A stretch of DNA of 37,943 nucleotides from Octopus bimaculoides (Eukaryota), in the NCBI RefSeq assembly GCF_001194135.2, contig NC_068997.1, forward strand, positions 13,357,304 to 13,395,246, written 5' to 3'. This document shows positions 12,524-22,631 of the stretch, in pieces. The notes under the pieces were generated by a model. That model saw only the letters and a program-made list of their open reading frames with translations. It was not told the DNA's origin and searched no databases. Position 1 is the stretch's first letter; each line of letters opens with the position of its first letter. Both the position numbers and the translations under genes were made by a program.

Positions 12524-12540
12524 ATTAATCATTTTACTAT

Positions 12541-12739
12541 AGTCACAATGCCCGACACTTTCTAAGATGAGCTAGTTGATTACTTCGACCGCAGTGCTTC
12601 ACTGTTGTTTATTTAATCGATTCGAAAGGAGGAAATACAAAGAGGACCTCGGCCGAATTTGAAATCGGGATTTAAATACAGAAGAAATACCGCTACGCTC
12701 TGTTGAGCGAGCTATCGCTTCTGCCTGCTCATCGCTTTA
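12541..12739 (-). mobile_element. SINE family C, old divergent copy
   Basis: gacctcggccgaatttgaa...gaaataccgct...ttctgcctgctcatcgcttta aligns with the reverse complement of 32617-32790. Confidence 0.6.
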
Positions 12740-13056
12740 GTACAAAAGAATAATAATGAGAAAAGATTAATGTATATAAAGGAAATATATTGACAAGGAT
12801 GTATCTGAAAAACAGCAAATATAACAGAAGAGGCATAGTAAAAGAAAATGAAGCAAAAAAAAAACATGAAATATAGAAGTCACACAAGTCAAAACCTAAT
12901 TAACACATATGCACTCACAAACATACACACACACACGTAATTAATGGACATGTGTACGTAGGAATTGGAATTCAGGTATCTTTATATATATATATATGTG
13001 TGTGTGTGTATGCATATGTATGTGTGTATATATATTTATGTGTGTGCATATGCATA

Positions 13057-13126
<70 letters not shown>

Positions 13127-13166
13127 TAATTAATGAACCTTTGTATGCAGAAATTCTGATTAAGTC

Positions 13167-13202
<36 letters not shown>

Positions 13203-13789
13203 AGATATGTATATGTGTGTGTGCGCGTATCGACAGATAGACAGATAAATATCATTTTCACTTTTAATAAAAAAAAACACACCCCATATCCTCAGTAATT
13301 TGTTTTGAATGTTCCTGTGTTTCGTCCGCCATATATCGATATATATAAGTGTGTGTCTGTGTGTGTGTACACACACACATATATTATATATATGTATATA
13401 TATATATATGAATATATACAAACACATACATATTTACGCACATACATATATACATAAATCCGCGTGCACACACGCGGACATGATCCGAGGAATCCATTCA
13501 CATGCATAGTAAATGAGGTAAGTAGTTGTTTGCCTGCCTAGATGTGTACATATAAATATAATCAAGAAATGCGCGCGTGCGTACGAGCGGCGGAGAGAGA
13601 GAGAGAGAAGAGAGAGAGAGAAGAGAGAGAGAGAGAGAAAGTCAAAGAAAGAGAGAGCTAAATAGAAATTGGATTTTCACATTACAAGAGAAATTTCACT
13701 GATTCGAATGGCGCCCTATTATGTGGCTGAGTGACTTACTGGCAACTTATTCAGTCCTATGTACAAAATAACAGGTTTATAGAGCAACA

Positions 13790-14184
13790 ATAACGTCAAC
13801 AACAACAACAACAATTATGATGATAATAACACCACCATCATCACCATCAGCAACAAACAGCAGCAGCAGCAGCAGCAGCAGTTGCAGAAGTAATCTTCTC
13901 TGTAATAACAGTAACAAGCATAACACTGCAACAAATTTACCAGCAACTGTAACATTATCAGTAAAGACAAACCAGTGACGAACGCTAATAATTATATCAT
14001 TCGCATTAAACATCTACCGCCATGGCCACCACTACCAGCGCCAGCACCAACAGCACCACCACCACCACTACCCACGCGCTCGTCCCCAAGTCCAAGATTG
14101 GAACCAAACAGCAACGTCAACAACGGATCTGACAACAAAAAAAAACAATACCACCACCACCACTAACACCACTACCACCACCAT

Positions 14185-14216
<32 letters not shown>

Positions 14217-14264
14217 TTATCATCGTCATTGTCATCGTCGGCGTCGGTGTCGTCGTCGGCGTCG

Positions 14265-14309
<45 letters not shown>

Positions 14310-14350
14310 CCATCATCCTCTTCTTCTACGTTGTCGGCGTCGTCGTCGGT
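13790..14350. repeat. Compound/decayed trinucleotide tracts (CAA, CAG, CAC, CAT, CGT)
   Basis: Directly visible low-complexity tracts. Confidence 0.9.
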
Positions 14351-14389
14351 CAGCATCAATATAGAGATCATCACCAGCAGCGACAATAC

Positions 14390-14870
14390 ACATGTTTCAA
14401 GAACCCCACGAAGAATTCTTTCAATACCAAGCAATGCTGATTTTTGTAGGTGTTCTACTTTCACACTTGCACCAATGTTTTTCAGCCATGTTGGTAGTTG
14501 GGTGCTGATACTTCCAAGTGCACCAATTATTCTTGGTATCACTTCTACTCTCCTCATTGACCACAACTTTCATATTTCCCACTTCTAATCGTCACAGTTG
14601 TTTATTTTTTCTTCTCATCTTGATCCTGTTGTCACCGGGACATCGTAGGTCGATTATCATGCATGTTCTTTCTTTTTTATTCCCCAAAACAATGTCCGGC
14701 CACCGATGTCTGGTCGGTTCATCGCACTGGATCATTGCATCCCACAGGATTTTTGCAATTCTCATTCTCGGTGACTCCTTCTGCAGTTTGTTCATTGCAC
14801 TTCTTCGCTCTTTGAAGATAGTGATTTTCACAGAGCTTCCAATAGCTCATTTTTACCACATTGTCATGGC
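14390..14870 (-). mobile_element. R4/Dong-type non-LTR retrotransposon fragment: restriction-like endonuclease domain, frameshifted
   Basis: Three frames join to HDNVVKMSYWKLCEN...GVTENENCK / ILWDAMIQCDEPTRHRWPDIVLGNKKERTCMIIDLRCPGD / LWSMRRVEVIPRIIGALG...LQKSALLGIERILRGVL. This is the typical RLE signature (RHD, KILWD, R.PDIV, IID, IGALG, LQK.ALLG). Confidence 0.9.
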
Positions 14871-14871
14871 A

Positions 14872-14937
<66 letters not shown>
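14872..14937. repeat. (ATT)22 microsatellite
   Basis: Perfect run, counted directly. Confidence 0.98.
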
Positions 14938-14939
<2 letters not shown>

Positions 14940-16148
14940 AATAACTTGATTCGGACTCCTGCAGCTTAAAGATTCGTAGGTCTCTGACAGAAACTTAGCT
15001 CGTCGATATCAGGTAACCCGGTGAGGTAGGCTTCTTACAGAAGCCTAGAAAATTTTTAATTACCTGGAACCGAATCAATCTACTTTAAATAATATTCTGT
15101 GTAACTCCCACTAAACGTGTTGAATGTCACTTTCGTATGTCCATTCCCTCGTACTATATACACATATGCAAACATATATACATTCATGCATACATATCTA
15201 CATACATACGTATATACATATATGTATGTGTGTATGAATGCGTTAATAAATGCTAGTAAATAGTAAAGCGATAACTATATTTGCAATTTAAGAATCTTAG
15301 ACTCAGTTCTATTTATTAAAATTTCTTTTCCACAGAACCGTCAAGTTTTTCAATCTCTTAATCCTAATCAACGTTACAATTCGTTATATGAGAGGAAGTA
15401 GATTTAATTAGCGAAAATAGCAAAAAAATCGTCACACACATTGAACCAGACACACACACACACACACATACATTATACATGGACACGTACTCCCACATCC
15501 ACACTCATATATAAATATATACACTCGAACTAAATAGTCATAGGTATGTATAAAGGGAGAAACACTGATACGAACTTCTCTTAATTTCTCACATCTACTC
15601 CCTCTATATACCTCTGTCTCGCTATATGTGTGCATGTGTGTGTACTGACAGATGCATGTGTATGCTTGAGTGTATGCATGTGTATAATCTATATATACTC
15701 CCCTATATATGTATGCATATATGTATATATGTAAGTATGTGTGTGTGTATATATATATATACATATNNNNNNNNNNNNNNNNNNNNNNNNNNNNNNNNNN
15801 NNNNNNNNNNNNNNNNNNNNNNNNNNNNNNNNNNNNNNNNNNNNNNNNNNNNNNNNNNNNNNNNNNNNNNNNNNNNNNNNNNNNNNNNNNNNNNNNNNNN
15901 NNNNNNNNNNNNNNNNNNNNNNNNNNNNNNNNNNNNNNNNNNNNNNNNNNNNNNNNNNNNNNNNNNNNNNNNNNNNNNNNNNNNNNNNNNNNNNNNNNNN
16001 NNNNNNNNNNNNNNNNNNNNNNNNNNNNNNNNNNNNNNNNNNNNNNNNNNNNNNNNNNNNNNNNNNNNNNNNNNNNNNNNNNNNNNNNNNNNNNNNNNNN
16101 NNNNNNNNNNNNNNNNNNNNNNNNNNNNNNNNNNNNNNNNNNNNNNNN

Positions 16149-16199
<51 letters not shown>

Positions 16200-16850
16200 G
16201 TGTGTGTGTGTGTGTATGTATATATATGTATATATATATATATGTAAGCATGATTCATCAAAAAACATTTTTCAATTTCTAATTTCCTATTGATTAACAG
16301 AAATGGCAGCAGCGATTATTTTTCTATTTTCGTTTCATACATTCTATTATATAGGGGTAGCGTTTGTTATCTTGTTATTTTACAACATTCTGTAAGAGAT
16401 GCCGTGGGGTGGCGATGGTCGTTATAGTGGCAAGGGTAGAGCGGGTGGTCGTCGTAGCTGAACTGGTTTGTAATTTATTAGTTGTTCATTATTATTATTA
16501 TTATCATTATATATATATATATACATTTTTTTAATGTTGTATTTGCATATTTCTTTGTGTTGTGTGTGAGAGAGATTTAAGGATTGCGGCTAGGATGATT
16601 TATTTATTTTTGCTGCCATTCATCAATGGAAACTTCCCAGAGAGAATTAGAACAATATTAACAAGGTATATATTGGAAAACTTAAACATACAATAAATAT
16701 AACAAAAAGAGGGAAATAGCAACATAGCTTCCTCTGAACATATAATGGAGAGTTTACATAAATACCAACACTGTTGTTCCACACTACCTTTGCTATTATG
16801 ATTATCGGCATGAACATCACGATCGTCATGTTTGAAACCATCATAACCAG

Positions 16851-16891
<41 letters not shown>

Positions 16892-18189
16892 NNNNNNNNN
16901 NNNNNNNNNNNNNNNNNNNNNNNNNNNNNNNNNNNNNNNNNNNNNNNNNNNNNNNNNNNNNNNNNNNNNNNNNNNNNNNNNNNNNNNNNNNNNNNNNNNN
17001 NNNNNNNNNNNNNNNNNNNNNNNNNNNNNNNNNNNNNNNNNNNNNNNNNNNNNNNNNNNNNNNNNNNNNNNNNNNNNNNNNNNNNNNNNNNNNNNNNNNN
17101 NNNNNNNNNNNNNNNNNNNNNNNNNNNNNNNNNNNNNNNNNNNNNNNNNNNNNNNNNNNNNNNNNNNNNNNNNNNNNNNNNNNNNNNNNNNNNNNNNNNN
17201 NNNNNNNNNNNNNNNNNNNNNNNNNNNNNNNNNNNNNNNNNNNNNNNNNNNNNNNNNNNNNNNNNNNNNNNNNNNNNNNNNNNNNNNNNNNNNNNNNNNN
17301 NNNNNNNNNNNNNNNNNNNNNNNNNNNNNNNNNNNNNNNNNNNNNNNNNNNNNNNNNNNNNNNNNNNNNNNNNNNNNNNNNNNNNNNNNNNNNNNNNNNN
17401 NNNNNNNNNNNNNNNNNNNATATATATATATATATATATACATATATATGAGAGAGACAGAGAGAGAGGGAGATACATACATATTATACGTATACATACA
17501 CACACATATATATACATATGTGTGTGTATGTAATTTATATACAAGCATAAAACCTTACGCACAAATATATATGGGGTCAGTACACATATATATTCCATTT
17601 TAACCAACATCGGCACCTAAAGCATTCACACATGGCATACAACGAGGACCATTATAGTTATGACCATGTTACTTCTCGCTTTCCTAACTTTAGATAGAGT
17701 TACAAAAAGAAAAAAAGCACCATTTTCTCCGCTAAATTCTAAAACCCTGCCATTACTAATTGTAGAGTGAGATATAAATACGGTAACTCCGTAAATGTAT
17801 ATTCTAATCTCTTATTTTCGTGTAGAATAACGATGCCTAAAATTGTCCTAAGTATGTTGAAATATGAAATTAGAACATTTTAGGAAAGAGTAAAATTATT
17901 GGAATTACCTGAGAGCTAAACCATGACAACTCTATATGACACCAACCTTCTCGATATTATAGCGGGATTCGTATTTACGTTATCTTCGTCCAACTAATCT
18001 GGCAGCATAGCACTAGAATGTTTTTGGAGAGGATCTAAATATCATTATAATCAAAGAGTTGATTTTTGAAGCATCTATATAGCATCTTGATCTTCTCGAA
18101 ATAAAAGCCAAATGTTTCTGAATTAATTTCATCCTTTCTTATAACACTGCAAAGTCGATATTGGATAAACATATACCCAGTTTTCCAAG

Positions 18190-18348
18190 TAAGCATGGCT
18201 GTGTGGTTAAGAAGCCCACTTAGCAATCATGACATTTGGGATTGAGTTCCACTGCACGGCATCTTGAGCAAGTGACTTATTCTATATCCCCAGGCCGACC
18301 AATTTCATGTGAGATTTGATTGGAGGAACCTGCATAGAAGCTCACCGT
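18190..18348 (+). mobile_element. SINE family B 5' half (old)
   Basis: atggctgtgtggttaag...gttccactgcacggcatcttgagcaagtg...ggccgacca matches 11635-11790. Confidence 0.6.
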
Positions 18349-18370
18349 ATATATATATATATATATATAC

Positions 18371-18605
18371 ACTCTTCTGCTTTTTTACTCTTTTACTTGT
18401 TTCAGTTATTTAACTGTGGCCATGCTGGAGCACCGCCTTTAGTCGAAGAAATCGACCCCCGGACTTATTCTTTGTAAGCCTAGTGCTTATTCTGTCGGTC
18501 TCTTTTACCAAACCGCTAAGTTACGGGGACGTAAACACCAAAATCGGTTGTCAAGCGATGTTAGGAGATAAACGCCAACACACAAACTTATACACACACA
18601 CACAC

Positions 18606-18640
<35 letters not shown>
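18371..18640 (-). mobile_element. SINE family B 3' half (younger)
   Basis: cttttacttgtttcagt...ggccatgctggagcaccgcc...gctaagttacggggacgtaaac...ggttgtcaagc is the reverse complement of the family B 3' half. Confidence 0.85.
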
Positions 18641-18649
<9 letters not shown>

Positions 18650-18759
18650 GTAAGTATATACGTACATGCGTGAGTATATATATATGAGTGTGTGTATAGC
18701 CCATTTAGGGTTAGAGGTATTGATAATTGTTATTCATTTCATATGTTTACGGTAAGAAT

Positions 18760-19100
18760 ACAACTTAAGATGGCTACGTTGGTGATGGTGAGATTTGAAT
18801 CCTATAGCTGTGGTTGTCAACTTCCTCTTTCGGGAAAGGGAAAAGCAAATATGATCATTTTTTTCTTCTCTTCTGTATGTATTGCAAAACAATTGCCGAA
18901 ATAGCTGCAATAATTCCAACATTAACAGAAACAAAGATAACAACAATTACATGAATAATAATAACAACACAATCAACAAAAGAACAGCAACAACGTTATG
19001 AGTAATGGAGACACCTTTAATAATGACTACTGTATTAACATCATTGGCTGTAACAACAACGATTAGTGATAGCAGTAATAGTAATAAAAACATTGATGAA
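18760..19100. repeat. Dispersed repeat/duplication, copy 2 (partner at 3610-3900)
   Basis: 41/45-nt identity core plus collinear blocks, in the same orientation as copy 1. Confidence 0.7.
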
Positions 19101-19329
19101 AATACAGCAGGAGGATACGTGTATGCGCGGATGTGATTGGACATCAATGTAATAAGAGGTGAGAGGTGTAAGATTTGTTGCGGAAATTTGTCAACGAAGA
19201 GCAAGGAATATCATTATATTCCCCGAAGAATTATGCGAAACAATAAAAATGAATGCTATTATGTTCAGATAGATACACATAGAATATAATAATAGAAGCT
19301 ACAAACAGCTTCTGCAAACGGGGGAAACT

Positions 19330-19490
19330 AGCTGAGAATGCGCATGTATAGAAAGAGGATGGTGAAAGCAGGGACATGCAAGGACATATAGCAAAAATCG
19401 GTCGAGCTATTCCAAAGATAGCAATGAAACAATCTCAGATGATTTATCTGGAGAAGAGGCGCCAAATATCACTTGATACTAAAGAATAAT
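19330..19490 (+). pseudogene. Possible decayed RTE-type RT C-terminal fragment
   Basis: Frame EDGESRDMQGHIAKIGRA...RRQISLDTK resembles the RTE pattern DG...EI..RI.KA..AF...W..R.ISL.TK. The match is weak. Confidence 0.3.
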
Positions 19491-19584
19491 CCTTTACTTT
19501 CAAATTATCAGTCTGCATTGGTAGTAGATAATACAGTTCTATATTTGAGAGATGAGGAATTATGTACATTATTTATGTGCTCAC

Positions 19585-19655
19585 GGGCATATGGCCTAGT
19601 GGTTAAGAGCGCGGGCGACTAACCCCAAGATTCCAAGTTCAATTCCAGGCAGTGA

Positions 19656-19710
<55 letters not shown>

Positions 19711-19853
19711 GTCGGGTAAATACCTTAGGAATGAGAACCCAGGTTCGAATTTTCCCTAGGGCACCTGATGAAGGCAGGAGAGTATATCAGCCGAAACGTT
19801 GTGTTAACAATGAAGAAAATGAGGACAAATATCCGTCAAATGTAAATAATGTA
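19585..19853 (+). mobile_element. tRNA-headed SINE/retrozyme-like element with internal (AAT)16 and hammerhead motif
   Basis: A box TGGCCTAGTGG (19592-19602), B box GTTCAATTCC (19637-19646), (AAT)16 at 19660-19707 and hammerhead core at 19761-19804. Confidence 0.7.
19761..19804 (+). ncRNA. Minimal type-I hammerhead ribozyme-like motif
   Basis: GCAC-CTGATGA-A-GGCAG-(10 nt)-CAGCC-GAAA-C-GTT|GTGT. Stem I is GCAC/GTGT, stem II is GGCAG/CAGCC (one mismatch), both core boxes are intact, and helix III is reduced to the ACGT palindrome. Confidence 0.65.
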
Positions 19854-22508
19854 ATTAATGTTGCTAGTGGGTGTAAAATGAAATGCCACACAAGGGAGGT
19901 GAGAAAAATTGTGCAAAACTTGAGGGGTCCTACTGTTACTCAAAAGAAACTACACCATGTATTATCGAAGGAAAATCTCCCCCCTCTCTCTCTCTCTCCC
20001 CCTCTCTCTCTCTCTCNNNNNNNNNNNNNNNNNNNNNNNNNNNNNNNNNNNNNNNNNNNNNNNNNNNNNNNNNNNNNNNNNNNNNNNNNNNNNNNNNNNN
20101 NNNNNNNNNNNNNNNNNNNNNNNNNNNNNNNNNNNNNNNNNNNNNNNNNNNNNNNNNNNNNNNNNNTCTCTCTCCCCCTCTCTCTCTCCCCCTCTCCCTC
20201 TCTCTCCCTCTCTCTCTCTCTCTCTCCCTCTCTCTCTCTCTCTCCCTCTAATGATGTCTGCATCTAGTTTGTTGTGTACGAGGCTGTCACTGTGTTTGTC
20301 GTTTTGGAGTGTTAACGTAATTTTCGGGTTTCTTTTTGTTCGTGCGTATGTTTGATTAGTAATTTGTGTTAAATATGCTTCGTTATGTTCACAACTGTGC
20401 TTATTCCTAGAAGGACATAGATTCAACGACATAATAGTGCCGTAGAACACAAAATATATTGAAGTGCATTTTACCTTCTAATATATAATGTAATGTCACT
20501 GAAATTGCCAGTTAGTGCTACTTCGCCAGTCTAAATACACAGTTCAGTTTTTACATCATAAAGAGTACTAAAGAGGCTTGAACAGATTTATGTTTTATAT
20601 TTAGTAATTATCCAAATACACTTGGATTTGACATTAAAAATATTGGGAATATACATATCACCATATAACCTTATATTTATCTTTATTGCTTGTGTTAGTT
20701 GAGTAAAATATGGCGGTAAAAACACTCCGTAATATCTATATCTTTTTTTTACTATAGTCTGTTTCTATCGACAAACAGCATGTCTATGTTGATAGAAACA
20801 GAAATAACTAAAAATTATAGATATATAATTTTCCTAAATCTACTCCGTACCGATCTTTATGCAAGCAATAAAGTGTCGTATTTGTCTACACAGCCGAGAA
20901 ATAACGAATTTTTATGGGTTTATGTGAATACCAATGTTACAAACGTTGTTTTGACGTCGAGTATCGTTGGGTAGTAGCAGAATGATACTGTCCCAAAGTG
21001 CAGTTTCTAACTGCCAAGTTTCGATATGTTATTGTGACGTTTTAACTTCTCAACTCTTTAGTCTTTATTATATTCAATGTCCAACACCAAACTGACCGTA
21101 AATCTGTAAACTAAATTCTATGGGAAAATTTAGTGATGTAGTTTAAATATATTTTCGGATATTTGCATTTGTTTGTAGTTCAACTGAGCAAATAAATATA
21201 GGATCAAATGCATTCAGTATGTGATCAGCCCACATGTCCTTGCAGGTCGTGTGCATCCATATCAACATTCCTCTGAGCTCTTCCTATATGCAGACGCTAG
21301 TGTGCGATGGGAGAGACACAATACCAAATGCTATTCCTTGGAGATGAATAGACGAACAAGAAGCTCGTTCGTTGATTCGTTTACACATTAGATATTACAG
21401 TAGTTTCTCAATTTCATGACCTGGAGGAACAAATTTGGTCTGAACATTGCAGCAGAAGTAACATCATTCACCATACTGGTGAAGCAGTGACAGCTAGGTA
21501 TTTTGAAAGCAATATTCACTTTATTTATCAAGACTGATGACAAAAGTCGATTCTGCGGAGTATAACCTGAGAGTATACATCACCTGTATCAGGATATCCC
21601 ACACTAGCTCTATCAAAATATATATGGGCACGCAATGCACCAAAGCTGAGCCACTTACTCCTAGCCACTAAAGTGCAACTATTTCAGGAAAAGTCCCTGT
21701 GGTTCTCACCTGAATTTTCCATGTGTCTTAAAAAATGACTGTGAAAATACTATGAAACTTTATTATATAGACCAATCACCAGATGACAGATAACCTGAAA
21801 CACATTCCCCACAACAAAATTATCAATAACATGCTAATCAGCGACATTGCACTTCTAAATGAACTTATTTTCTTTACAAGCGCGAACGGAAAAACTAAAA
21901 ATATTACACTGAACGAAATTTTGAATTAAAAGATGTAGCTATCATTACTTTTAGAATTGGTACATAAGGATTTCTGTAAAGGTATTGAAGGATAATATAT
22001 AAGGGTGGGAACAAAGAACTGTAGTTATTGTAAAAGCAGTCTCACACTTCATTCTTTAACTATTTTTGAAGTCTTACGAACATTTGATAATCCTTAATAT
22101 TCTCATTAACCTTCGACACTTTCTTAGTCAAGATACTTTATAAAGTTTTGAAGACTTGTTTGTATTTTATCAAAGATGAACATATTTCTTGTTGCAAGTA
22201 AGGCTAATCTTGATATCTTTATAAACCTTCATTAATACAGATAGTAATGCTATGATGGTAAAGATGAAGAAGATTCGAGGATAGTAAGAAAGAAAAAAAA
22301 TATTGTGACGGTAAGATATAATCCTACGGCAATATTTTGCAGAATGTTTGACAATTTTAAGTGTTTGATTCTATCGGAAGACCAAATCCATCAGGAGATT
22401 GGTGAGTGATTAAAACACGCAACTAAATAAGGAAATAAATGAATATTAAGGTCAAGTTATAAACAATAAATTTTCTGTGTAGTCATGTGGGAGGGACAAC
22501 GTTTTATG

Positions 22509-22557
<49 letters not shown>

Positions 22558-22571
22558 TTATCTATCTATCT

Positions 22572-22631
22572 AGGCGGTGCTCCAGCATGGCGACAGTCAA
22601 AAGACTGAAACAAGTAAAAGAGTAAAAGAGT
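22572..22631 (+). mobile_element. SINE family B 3' terminus after (TATC)n
   Basis: aggcggtgctccagcatggcgacagtcaaaagactgaaacaagtaaaagagtaaaagagt matches the family B end. Confidence 0.8.

Noticed and set aside
15027-15047. 9-bp perfect hairpin TAGGCTTCT-tac-AGAAGCCTA
   Set aside because: It is short enough to occur by chance, and the Helitron-like context (hairpin then separate CTRR) is not met.
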